A stretch of DNA of 63,817 nucleotides, the filler included, from Reticulomyxa filosa (Eukaryota; Protista; Foraminifera): NCBI GenBank assembly GCA_000512085.1. It is 17 parts of 17 records of this genome, joined end to end, with 100 filler letters (N's around TTAATTAATTAA, not from the genome) between each part and the next. Parts side by side here need not be neighbours in the genome. Positions count along the whole stretch, not along the records: positions 51,759 to 52,879 come from ASPP01021254.1; positions 52,980 to 62,073 come from ASPP01005286.1; positions 62,174 to 63,817 come from ASPP01023003.1; 14 more parts are not named here. The stretch is one strand, 5' to 3'. Below, one piece after another: positions 51,795 through 63,518 of the stretch (position 1 is the stretch's first letter; the number at the start of each line of letters is the position of its first letter). The notes beneath the pieces were generated by a model. The model made no database searches. It was not told the origin of the DNA and was given only the letters and a program-made list of their open reading frames with translations. The position numbers and the translations under genes are program-made.

Positions 51795-52879
51795 AAAAAC
51801 GTGGTGTTTGCGTGGTATGATACTGAGCAGAGGCTTGATAATATTTATGCAAAAAGTGAGTTTTGGTTGTGTCAGTCATGGAAGATGATAGCAGTGATAA
51901 GGAATGGATTGGCCTTTGTGCACCTGGAGGGGGTCCAGTACCCAATGGCATGGGCTCTCCATGGCCATTGACAATGGAAAGTGACAATGGACTTGCGGTG
52001 ACAGTCATGGGGAGAGAGAGAGGCGGCGGAGCCATTGCAAGTAATGACGCAGGTGTCGCCGCAGTCGGAACCAGCGATATGACACTCCCTTGTGCCAATG
52101 TCGGAGGGGGTCCATGCAATGATGTTTCGCCCACTCCCGGCCCTTGGAATCTGGTTCCTCCACTTGGGCCAAAGTGATGTTGGGTGGTGTAGCCGTACGC
52201 CAGCGGTCCGTGTCCATGTCCGTCACGAGTTACGTTTTTGTCGAATGCTGAATACGGCCGTCCAAATGGTACCACTTTTTTTTTTTTTTTTTAAAAAAAA
52301 AAATAAATAATAATGTGTTTCTTATTAGTTCTTCTAGAGTTTTGATAAGGGAGAATTTTATTTAAAAAAAAACCTGGGGGTCAAAGAGGGAGGATGCAAT
52401 ATTCGACTTGTCCCAATTTCCTCAATTCTTCGTCTTTGATTCCGGTCTCGATCTTGTTCTCTTTCTCCTCCTCCTCCTCCACCACTACCACCACTTTCGC
52501 GATCACGATTATGTCTCTTCATCGGCCTCAGTCTGTCTTCCCCACCTTCCGTATTTAGCACACCTTTCGGGACTGATAGTTGGCTATGTGACTGCGAATG
52601 AGGTTGTGACTGTGATTGTAATTGTGATTGTAGTTGTGATTGTGATTGTGATTGCGACTGTAGTTGTGTCTGTGATTGTGACTGTGAACGTAAATGTGCA
52701 TGTAGTTGTTGATGTGACTGTGATTGTGATTGCGATTGTAATTGTGGTTGTGGTTGTGACTGTGATTGTGATTGCTGTTGTAGTTGTGATTGAAGTTGAG
52801 ACTGAGATTGAGTTTGTTTTTGTAGCGTTTGCAATTGTGAAGAAGACGATGATGAAGAAGAAGATAATGATGATGATGA
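51759..52879 (-). CDS. Low-complexity Q/S-repeat and Pro/Gly-rich protein, internal fragment
   Basis: (QS)n exon ~52375-52879 and a P/G-rich exon ~51800-52274, joined by a GT-AG intron. Confidence 0.55.
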
Positions 52880-52979
52880 NNNNNNNNNNNNNNNNNNNNN
52901 NNNNNNNNNNNNNNNNNNNNNNNTTAATTAATTAANNNNNNNNNNNNNNNNNNNNNNNNNNNNNNNNNNNNNNNNNNNN

Positions 52980-53942
52980 AGGCGTGTGCATATTTTTTCA
53001 AAGTGCGCATTAACTTTTTTTTTTTTTCTCACCCTTTCCAAAAAAAAAAAAAAAAATTAACTTCGAAAATATTTTTTCCAACAACACCGGCACCCAATCT
53101 CCAGTCAACATCTCGACCCATTCCCGAAGATGTTGCCATCCAAGCGTACAATCGATTGGGGTCAGTTGGTCCAGGAACATCAGCGTACCATCGGTCAAAG
53201 ACCATGAATTCATTTGCTAATGTCGTAATAATTGGAACTGCCGAGGAGTCAAAGCATTGCATTATTATTGTGCCATTATCACCAGGGAGTGTATCCTTTA
53301 CGGCATAATTATAGACAAATCCGTTCTTTTAGTTTATATGTGTGTACATAAAGTATGCACGTATTTATATTTTTATGTAGTTATACGTATTACCTATTTT
53401 CGAAATTTACTTTTCCTTTTTTTTTTTTTTTGTTGTTTTCTCCCTTCTTCTCCTTCTTGTGATCTTTCTAAATACTTTTTTTTGGTTATACCATTGGGGG
53501 TGGCCATATATCTGTAGATTCAAATCCAAATAATTGCTGGCTTGTATCGGGAATGCCATGGCTTGGGTCCCCAGGTTGAATATACACGGCATGATTGTCT
53601 ACGAAGATGATATCTTGATCAGGGTATCGCGGATCAACAGGGTTGGAGCAATTGGCTCCAAGAGATGGCAAACATCCATCGATTTCGCTTCTGTTCGCTC
53701 GAAGATATCCCAAAAAATGATCTTTTTGTTGTATGTGGTGTTGCTTTTTTTTTTAATGTTTAAGTACATGTTTTTTGGAGTGCTGTGTTCTAACCAAAGC
53801 TCCTGTTCTCAAACATGATCGCGATAAAGTGTTTGATCCTTCCTCCAAACATTGGAGGAAGATCTTCATCTGGTGCTGATCTGGTTTTTGCTCCAAATAC
53901 AGTTGCTAACAAACAACTTGTGAATAATGTTGATTTCAACAT
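52980..53942 (-). CDS. Non-specific phospholipase C / phosphoesterase family protein with a signal peptide, 3' truncated
   Basis: IKHFIAIMFENRSFDHFLG, DPSHG, LANEFMVFDRWYADVPGPTDPNRLY; N-terminal MLKSTLFTSCLLATVFG. Confidence 0.92.
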
Positions 53943-54402
53943 CTTCAATTACGAGTTTCTCTTTCTTGCTGTTTTTGAGCTTTTGTTTTAAAGTTCAGAT
54001 GGGCCGGTAAACTAACAAGTGCTTCATTTATATTTGTTACTCATATTTGGATATTCACAACACCAAGTTTATACTTACTATTCTTGATCTACACTTTACT
54101 CATTCTCAACTTAACCTGTTCCGGCAAATTGAATATTTCCAAAGAGTTGCAACTGATCACAAGAAGAATACAAGCAGCTAAGAAAATTTATTTCCAGTTA
54201 TACTGATTTGTTTTAAACAAATCACTCACATTCATTTACATCAAAACACAAGAATTACTTTTAATTCTTGTTTTTGATTAAGACTTTCTCTGAAAGTGCA
54301 AAAAAGTTCAGAACAGGATAAACGTGTAATGTATTATGTGTTATGAGCCTATTTCATCCTATTTGATAATTTTTTGTTTGGCAACGATTAAATTTAGTCC
54401 AA

Positions 54403-55863
54403 ATGTTACTGCAACGAAAGAATTTTCCGAAAACAGTTTCTAATCGCGCTCATTTGACTTCGGCGAAAGGAAAAAAAGTGTCTGGATGGAGTGTGTCCGA
54501 AGTTGGATTAATGTTGTGTATATGTGTCGGCTATATAGTTTTGTTACTGGTCTACTTTTCAGTGATGTCAAATAACCCAATTGAAGCAATATCAACATTG
54601 CTAAGTATCCCCCAGCCAATCAACATGACTCTTTACCAACAAAGCAACCCATATCCGACTCTCTCTCAAGATAGATTAGTGACTAATTTGAGCGAGTGCC
54701 ATGTGACTGTTTGGAAGCACTATCACATTGTGGGATTGTTTAACACTGGAACAAATGCCTTTAAAGGTGTTGCACCGCAAAACTGCGTTCCTCAGCCACT
54801 CATCAACGCCAACAATCGAACGATTCCCAATAATAAAAGTGAATTTTTCACAGTCCTTGAACCCACGGAATGGTGGAAGCATAACTTGCTAAATTTGGCG
54901 ATTATTAATAAGCAACAGCATTATCAAATATTGGGAGTGGTATTAATAAAAGACCCACTCACTTGGTTTAAATCAGTATGCAAAGCACCATATGCATTAC
55001 GACAGCAAATTGTGCAATGGAAACAATTTCGGACACATTGTCCCAATGGATTGAAACAATTCTCTTCGGTACGTATCCGTTTTAACTTTATGCGAGAGTA
55101 TTTGTCGAATAATAGAACGTGCATCTACCATGCAAATATGAAACATATATCCACATTGTCTTGTCTTGGGATTGACATAACTGCTCTCAACTCGACCGGA
55201 AATATCGAGCATGTAACTTTTGCTAACTTGTTCAATCCCAAAAATGTGCAAAGTGTCAGTTTTTTAAAAAGAAATCCTCAAATCCTTGAATGGGTTGAAT
55301 TCAAGTCTTTGGTACATTTTTGGAACGAATGGTATGAAAGATATTTGTATGGATTTTTTCAACATCCTGTCTCTGAACTAGAGCCAGGACAAAAAGTGGA
55401 GCCAATATCAAAGTCAGAGCCAGAGACAAAGACAGAACGGAGGCAAAAAACAGATGACACATCATTTTTGTTCCATGCTCATTGTATTTTCATACGTTTT
55501 GAAGACTTTTTATTTCGAACGAAAGAATTGAATTCAATATTTTGTCAACAATGCACTCATGGCTTTCCATCTGTAAACAGAAAACAACAAATGTTTAGCA
55601 ATGCCCGCATTTATGACACTAAAAATGACTTTGTGTTTATGGACGAGCCCTCCAAAATTCACGGCCGTCCGCGATCACGAGAAACAGCCTTGAAAACCTT
55701 CTCAGACAAAAATTACAGATTTTCCAAGTATTCTAAAGACGATCTGATTTACATTCATAAGCATGTCAATTGGGATCTCATGCGAACGTTTGGCTATGAG
55801 TTTGACTTGAAAGAGGCCATCGATATTGTGAGCCGTTTTTCGAGATCCAACGCTGAAAATTGA
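54403..55863 (+). CDS. Intronless type II membrane sulfotransferase-like (P-loop fold) protein
   Basis: N-terminal TM helix, IVGLFNTGTN (5'-PSB-like), WWKH, VVLIKDPLTWFKS (3'-PB-like), IRFEDFL; 486 aa uninterrupted. Confidence 0.75.
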   Translation: MLLQRKNFPKTVSNRAHLTSAKGKKVSGWSVSEVGLMLCICVGYIVLLLVYFSVMSNNPIEAISTLLSIPQPINMTLYQQSNPYPTLSQDRLVTNLSECHVTVWKHYHIVGLFNTGTNAFKGVAPQNCVPQPLINANNRTIPNNKSEFFTVLEPTEWWKHNLLNLAIINKQQHYQILGVVLIKDPLTWFKSVCKAPYALRQQIVQWKQFRTHCPNGLKQFSSVRIRFNFMREYLSNNRTCIYHANMKHISTLSCLGIDITALNSTGNIEHVTFANLFNPKNVQSVSFLKRNPQILEWVEFKSLVHFWNEWYERYLYGFFQHPVSELEPGQKVEPISKSEPETKTERRQKTDDTSFLFHAHCIFIRFEDFLFRTKELNSIFCQQCTHGFPSVNRKQQMFSNARIYDTKNDFVFMDEPSKIHGRPRSRETALKTFSDKNYRFSKYSKDDLIYIHKHVNWDLMRTFGYEFDLKEAIDIVSRFSRSNAEN

Positions 55864-56288
55864 TCACATTCAAACATTTTTTGCAACGACATTTTGTAAT
55901 AAGTTTTCACTTTTTTTTTTTATTATTACTTAACGAAGCAAACTCTTGACAATTACTTTTAAAAGTGGATACACCTGCTCTGTTGCAATTTGTCTGCACA
56001 ACCAAAAAATGGTTTTCAAGTGACGAAATACAATACTTAGCTTTTTTTTTTAGATGAGATTGGGTGTGAAGAGAATGTATCAAAAAATTTTGTGATAAAC
56101 TTATTACAAGCAAGTTAAACATAAACCTCGGCAAGAAAAACATACATTCCCAAAAAAAAAAAAAAGCGAGTTCTAAAGAAATCGACTAGGAAAAAAGGGA
56201 AGAATTACAAAGACATACAAAAAAAAAAAAAAAGAATACAATAAAAAAAAGGAGAATGTCAGGCAATGTCGTTATATGAATGCTTTTC

Positions 56289-57420
56289 TCATTTGGTCAC
56301 TTCCAAAATTGACTCATGTTTTGGACAATAAGTGAAATTTTCAAATCCATCAGTTTCACCAGAAGGAACAGCAGGAGCAGCGACAAACGAATCTACTGGT
56401 TGTTGGCGCAAGAATGCCTGAGCAAAATTGGTCACGTCTGTATCGTTGCCATTGATCTGGGGCTTGTATGGAGGGTCAATTTCTTTGGCCAACAATTTTT
56501 TCCAGTCCAAGTTTTCCCAGAATTCGTGGGCTTGAATTTCCTTAAAATCATCCTTCCCAGAGCCTAATCTTTTGCTAGGGTTGCGATGAAGGAGCTGTCG
56601 TATATAAAATGTGGAGTTTTGTTGTTATAACCGTTTCATGTTGTTTTTTTTCCCTTGTGAACAGTCCATATATTTTCATTCGGGGAAAAACAACAACAAA
56701 ATACCTGTACAATTAAGTCACAGCAAGTATTTGACAACGTGCTTGGGATCTGCAATATTGCTGTTTGAATTTTCTTGTACATCATATTGGCGTCTTGATC
56801 GTAAAAAGGTGGAATACCGACGGTCAGTTCATACAATAAAATACCATACGACCACCAATCCACAGACAGGCCATGTCCTTCGTTTGTTATAATCTCTGGC
56901 GCTGTTAAAACCACCCCCCCCCCCCCGATTTATGTTTTGATATTGACTTGGTCATAAAAAGTCGATCTCATCTTTCCCTTTCCAACCATCAATCCTCCTC
57001 CTTCCCCCCGTTTTTTTTTTTTTTTTTTTGTGTCTTTTACCTAGGTATTCTGGTGTGCCACAAAAAGTCTTTGATCTATCTCCGCCCAGTTCCTTGGCTA
57101 ATCCAAAATCCGTCAAGCAAATATGTCCAGTACTGGCCAAAAGAATGTTTTCTGGTTTCAAATCACGGTATGCAATATCTAGAGAGTGTAAGTGTCCCAG
57201 AGCACACCCAACTTCAGCAACCAGAAACCTTGCTTGGGGTTCAGTGAAGCGTTTCACTTTCCTCAAGTGAAAGAACAACTCTCCGCCTTGGTAAAAATCC
57301 AACACAAAATATAGCTTCGCTTCGGTTTGAAACGCATAGCGCAAATTCATTAGAAACGGGTGCTGCAAGGACTGAAGAATTTTGCGCTCGCTATTGGTAT
57401 GATCAACCTATTATTATTTA

Positions 57421-57477
<57 letters not shown>

Positions 57478-58931
57478 TTTTGTTGTTGTCGTTGTTAGTA
57501 CACAGTTATATAGCTCACTTTTGATAGTGCAAATAAAAAGAGTAGGATGGGAGGATCACTTATTTTTTTGCACTCGCTTAACATAGATTTTTTTTTTGTG
57601 TATGTGTTCAAATTCTTTTTTAAAAAAAAGATTACCTGATGTTTTTCAATTAAATACTTCTTTTTCAGTATTTTCATTGCAATACTTGCCCACTATCTCT
57701 TTTTTTCACTTGCAAAAAAACATACACAATTTTTCATCTCAATTAAAAAAAAAAAAAAAAAAAACGTGTTTTTCTAATATACACTGGCAATTGTGTATGT
57801 GTATAAGACTCTTAGGGTAATCTACCTAGAATCACTTTGCCAAATGAACCCTGGCCTAGAACATTGAGGAACACAAACGAATTTGCAGTGACCTTTTTTT
57901 GTTTGTTTAAAATTTTGTCTTCTTTTGTTTTCCACATTTTTTAAAAAAAAAAAAAAAGGTCTGTTAACTTTCTGTTGTTCAGTATTATCAAAACCATGTA
58001 TCGCGACCGTGTTGCGAGAATTTTGTTTTGCATCCTCAACCTCTTCTTCAAATTTCCCTTTGGTAACCAAAACCAAGTACCTTCTGTAGCGTTGCTCTCG
58101 AGTCTTTATAGTGTTGTCGTGCGCATATGCGTAAAAACAAATTGTGTGCAAATTTTTTTGTTGTGCAGGCGCAGACTGTTCCCCACTCTTCTCTCCCCTT
58201 TGCAGCAGCTTACGAAACTTGCACTCTGGCTTCATCCTTGGTTAAAGTTTTTTCCTTCAACATTTGCGATGTCACAGAGCTCACCTTCACTTGCAAAGCG
58301 CCTTTGGACAACAGATAGAATTGCTGGGCAAAACAATAACATATAATAATAATAAAAAAAAAATCAAACAAATTAGGTGTCACACGAACAACAACAACAA
58401 ATTAAAACAAAATTAACTTGAGAAATAATTTCGATAATTCGGTGTTTGCTTTTCTGTTGTGCACATTTTTTTTTTTTTTTTTTAATGTTGTACGAACACA
58501 ACTTTTTTTTTCTACGTATAAAAAAATTTCATCCCTCTCTTTTGGTAAAAACTGTTTTGAATAGGTAATCGTATTCTTCTGGCACATGGACTGTAAATTC
58601 ATCACTGTCTTTAGCTTCTGAAATCGAAACAATCTTATCGATGGCGATGCGTCTCTGACACTTTTGGTAGTCTTTTGGCTTCAAATTGTACACTGCCTTG
58701 TCTGTTACCAAAAGCACTCTCTCTTGCTCTTTGTCGCGCTTGTTTACCTTAATCACGTTGTCGCTAAATAGAACTTTCTCAGGGAGTGGAAAGTTGTGTC
58801 CTGTTTTTTTTTTTTTTTTGTGTTAATATTGTTCTCTCCACTTTCTCCTTCCACCTACCCGTTTTTTCTAGCATTTTCATGCATTGAGGATTTTTGGCCA
58901 AAAGTAGTTGATCATCCACAATTTTTGCCAT
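56289..58931 (-). CDS. AGC family Ser/Thr kinase (Akt/SGK-like) with an N-terminal myosin-I TH1/PH-like domain
   Basis: N-terminus [55 protein letters not shown]. Kinase motifs [29 protein letters not shown] and DWWSYG; hydrophobic motif FENFTY. Confidence 0.92.
57409..57475. repeat. Intronic (TAT)n microsatellite; a similar tract lies at 10955-10989
   Basis: Read directly. Confidence 0.9.
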
Positions 58932-60230
58932 TTCTTGCCACAGCAAAGTTTTTATTGAATGAAGATTAGAGTCGTTACGTTTGTAACCACACAAGAAAGT
59001 GTTTTTCCCCCTTCTCATCCTCTTTTGCGACTATGCACAAACCAAAAAGGACTATTTGTCTGTTGTAACAGCAAGCTTAGAACAATTTGATAATACGCCT
59101 TCAAATTACCACAATTATACTGGTACAAAGCCTCATTCCAAGTGCAGATAATATTGAAAAGTGATTATAGAGTGACGATATCTCAACACCCATTCTCCAA
59201 AATATTACTAAAGTAAAATTTAATATGAGATTACGGTGAAAAGTATAACGTTGTGAAAAGAAAATGGAAAATTATGTTCAAAAGCAAATCTTCGCGTGAA
59301 ACGGTTCAAACATAAGAGAACAGCATTCCCTTTGACAAATCCCGCAACAACATTAACAAAACGCCAACACATGCACACACGTTAATTGGAAAGACAGTGT
59401 CAAGAAAAAAGTTAAAAAAACAAAAGGGAACGTGCCAAATCAAAACAACGAACCGAGTCAAGAAAAATGCCAGCCAAACAAATCAAAACAAATCAAACAA
59501 GCAAAGCAAAAAAAAAGGTGTAACTAAAAAAAAAACTATGTTCAACTCTTGTTATTTTTTCTGGTTCTCCAATATCTGTCTTCCACACATAGAATTGACA
59601 TTTTTATCTTTATAGTTGAATTTCTACAAAAATACAATAAGAATTACATGCAAAAAAAAAAAAAGAACAAACAAAAAAGCAAAACCAAAAATGGTTCAAA
59701 ATAAGCCCCTTGCAAAAAAATGAACTTGATTGCTCCTTTCCTTCAAGTAAACAAACAACAAAAGAGAGAATAACAACACAAATAAAAACACCAATAATGG
59801 CAAAATTGTAATTCAAATTCCAACACCACTGAAAACAATCACTGAAATATGTTTTTTAATTTATTTATTTATTAGGTGAGAATGGGGGAAAAAAGAAAAA
59901 AGAAATGAAATGGTAATATTTAGTGCTGTTTCATAAATAAATGAAAGCAACAGTTACTTTTTTTTTTCAAATGGAACGTTTCGGTTAGAAATATTTTACA
60001 AACACTTTTATCTTTCACCAAAGCAAAGAAGGTACATAAACACATTACATGATCAAATACCACTATGCACCAAGTATTAATGAAGGGAGGGGTAAAGAAG
60101 AGGAAAGAGGAAGGAGGGGAGGAAAAAAAAAAAAAAATTAAAAAGGTTCTTGTGTGCACTATGCAAGAAAGAGCACTTTTTTTTTTCTGTCCCCCCTCCC
60201 CTCACCCTCACCCTTCTCACCCTTTTGTCT

Positions 60231-62073
60231 TTACAAGACGTATTCGCCATACATTTTTCCTAGTATTTGTTTCCCCCATGAATACTTGAGCATTTCTTTT
60301 CTGGACACACTTCGTTCGATTTGGCTCACCAGGTCTTTTCGATATTCAGCTGTGACGACATCTAGTAAAGTTTGGATCACATAATTACCGTACTTGTGAC
60401 GGACCATCCGTGGGGCCAAATACCCTTCATTTACAACACCACTCTTCTCCACAATTGCGAAAGAAGGATCCGCACTGCTAATCGTACTTCCATCTTCATT
60501 GGGTTTTTGATTTTGAGGGTACAGAATGCCGCAAATGATCATTCGCAATGGCTCGTCTTTCAAAGACCGCAAACACCGTTCAACGACATTGGAGGAAAAT
60601 TTATCAAACACCAGTTTGTCTATCTCTTGGCATATGCGCTGTACAATGTACATCAACGAAGATGGGTTGCTTTTCATGCTAATCATCCTTTGGATCACGT
60701 AATTACCGTATTGGTTGTAACACAGCTCAATCACTTTTTCTAGCAATTCACGGATTATAAACATGCGTTGCTTGTCTGTGCAATGTAGGAACAGTCGTTG
60801 AATGACACGACATCCATACACATGAACCGAATATTGGAGTACTTTTCCTATGTGCAAAGAATGGAAAAGGGCAGAAGAAAAAAAAAAGTCCAAACTCGAG
60901 ACTTTCTTTCCCCTTTTTTTTTCTCCTCCCCCCCCCCTCATTATATAAATGTATATGTAAAGGGGAGAGGGGGTGTGCACAGATATATATGTACAAAAAA
61001 AAGAAATGTTCGATAGCCAACCTTGAATAAAAGCAATGATCCAATCCAAGCATTCATTGGGAACTTTCTCAATAATTTTTTGAAGCACGTGGTTTCCATA
61101 TTGGTCGGTAAAAAAGATACTCAGATCAGACTCGCTGCGATTGTTAAGTGAGCAGATTTCAGTCAAGAACAAGACCTTAACATGCAAGGGATAGTGAGCA
61201 TCGGCCAAGATGCGCTGCAGCACTCGACAGCTGAATTGATTCATGCTCAATTCTCGCACGTGCCCTAAAAACACCGTTTCAAGGATGTGTATTCCCACGC
61301 GTCGCATATCGCGATTGCCATTCTCCGCCGTGATCATAGTCGTAGCCAAAGTCGAAGAATTTGAAGTCAAAGTCGAAATGGAAGTGGAAGTGGAAGTGGA
61401 AGTGGAAGTCGAAGTCGAAGTCAAAGTGGTTGACGTAGTCATAGCCGTAGCTGTGGCCGTGGCCGTGGTCGTGGCCGTAGGCTTGTCAGCAGGGATGTGT
61501 AAAGCCACGAGGTTCTGTTTGAGATATTTATAATACGCTTCAATGCGTTTGCCGCGCTGCTGTCTTCCAAATTTCAATACTGCTTGCCACCACATGGTTT
61601 CGAGCTCGGCTTCATTGCGCGTGCGTTCAAAGGTGATTTCCAAGAGTTTTTGGATGATGTAGTTTCCGAATCTGTTTTTGCACAAATGCACCCCGTAGGG
61701 AATGACCATGACAGTGACGAGCTGTTCCAAGTCGCCAATGCTGGTGCCCTTGTCGTCACAGATCTTTTGCACATAGCGACTGCCGTACTTGTCTTCGCAC
61801 AGGTTTTTCAGCAGTTTGGGACGCACCAGCAAATCTTGCAAGTTGCAGTTATGGCGTTGCAGCACACGCGTGTCCAAGCAGCGGGATTCGTTGGCGTTTT
61901 CCATTTGCTTCAGCACCGCCGACTTGGACTGGAGGAAGTCCAGTGCGTCTATCCCATTGCCGCCGACGGCAGTGGACGAAGACAGCAATCGAGCATTGGA
62001 GCTGCTGTTGCAATGAGGATTATAGCTGTAATTGTGGCTATAGCTATGACTGTGACTATGACTATGACTATGA
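60231..62073 (-). CDS. Pumilio/PUF RNA-binding protein, 5' truncated, one intron (61021-60848)
   Basis: Eight PUF repeats: DKYGSRYVQK, NRFGNYIIQK, NQFSCRVLQR, DQYGNHVLQK, HVYGCRVIQR, NQYGNYVIQR, DKFSSNVVER, HKYGNYVIQT. Confidence 0.95.
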
Positions 62074-62173
62074 NNNNNNNNNNNNNNNNNNNNNNNNNNN
62101 NNNNNNNNNNNNNNNNNTTAATTAATTAANNNNNNNNNNNNNNNNNNNNNNNNNNNNNNNNNNNNNNNNNNNN

Positions 62174-62541
62174 CAATATTATCTGGATCAAATGATAAAA
62201 GTGTTCGTTTGTGGGATATTCGGTCTGATCAACAAATTCAAGTGTTCAATGGACATCAAAATGTTGTATGGTGTGTTGAATATTCACCATTTGTAATAAA
62301 GAATAATATTAGTAGTAATTCGAATGTTATATGTTCTGGATCAGCTGATAATACAATTTGTTTTTGGGATGTTCGATCAAATAAGAATCAATTGTATGTG
62401 ATCAAAGGAGATAAAGAAGATAATGGAATATTTTGTCTTAAATTTATTGTATTGAAAAAGAAAGAGAAGACAAAGGATGTTAAATATGATTTGAGTTTGT
62501 GTTATGGTTCATTCAAAGGCTCTATTCGTATTTGGAGATAA
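62174..62541 (+). CDS. C-terminal WD40 repeats of an expanded family protein, 5' truncated
   Basis: ILSGSNDKSVRLWDIRS..FNGHQNVVWCVEYSP..ICSGSADNTICFWDVR..LCYGSFKGSIRIW. Confidence 0.88.
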
Positions 62542-63189
62542 TTTACTTTTTGTCAAATAGGAAATGAAAATGTTTTTGTTTAAAAAATTTTATTAAAAGA
62601 AAGGTAAGATTATATTAAACTTGCTTGGTTTGATTGAAAGATGTGTTTTGTTGTTTAAAAAGTTGCGTTCAATGTTTTTTAAGAGTTTAAAGCATGACAA
62701 GTGAAATGGTATCCAAATATCAAAATGAATTGCAAGATATTTCAAGTATTGTGTTTTCTTCATTGCAAATCACTACTAATTTTTTTAGATTGGTTTTATG
62801 TCTAGTTGCTATTGTTTTTTGTATAGTGTCAAACATGATAAAGTAAAAAGGGCAAGATATGAAAATTCAATCAGATGAAGAAATTCTTCAATATCTCAGA
62901 AACAACAGGTTTAATCTGGTGAGCAATTGATGGTTTTTGATACAGTGATCGATGGATGCACAAAAAGAAGAGATTTGAGTTGTTTTTTAATATATTGTAA
63001 TTGTTGTTTTAAAAAATTCTCTACTATTTGTTCATTATATATTGAATCGTAACACAATTTCTGTCAAAGTGTTGCTGGGCAAAAAAACTAGTACTCACTT
63101 TCTTTACTCGGGTACCATATTTGTAACAGATTTTTTTGAAAAAAAGAAATACATAAGGAGTATGTTTATATGTTTGTGGGAATTCATTG

Positions 63190-63518
63190 ATTCCAATTCT
63201 TGCACAAAACTTGTCAAAAATATTACGTTGCGCAAAAAATTTGATATTCTTTCATAGCAACCAAATATTGTTACTGTTGATAATCAACAATTTTAACAAC
63301 AATTTAAAACACATGTTCAGCAATTATCTATCAATTACAAATTATTAATGAAGAAGTGAAAATTATTCAATTTATTGCGGATAGAGTTGATGATATGAAC
63401 CCAATATTTAGAAATTTAAAGTTACGACTGTTTCGAATTATTGAAACATTAAAGAATAATGAAGCTGCTAGTGTTGCAGCAAATGCAATCACAATACTCA
63501 CTTCAGCAAATGTTAATC
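63190..63518 (+). pseudogene. Fragment of a NACHT-type NTPase (winged-helix and downstream helical region)
   Basis: QFLHKTCQKYYVAQK (F.HK..QEY motif) ... IIQFIADRV ... SVAANAITILTSANV, the motif that precedes the pentapeptide/WD40 part of such proteins. Contains in-frame TAG/TAA and frameshifts. Confidence 0.65.

Noticed and set aside
60848-61021. Apparent 58-aa insertion (WLSNISFF...GGGGEKKRGKK) in the PUF domain
   Set aside because: It is a 174-nt GT-AG intron that happens to be stop-free and in frame; removing it restores the repeat spacing.
7823-62173. Regularly recurring TTAATTAATTAA flanked by Ns, read as a CRISPR-like or biological repeat
   Set aside because: It is a fixed 100-nt six-frame-stop assembly linker. 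ORFs ending in XXX-LIN are artefacts of it.
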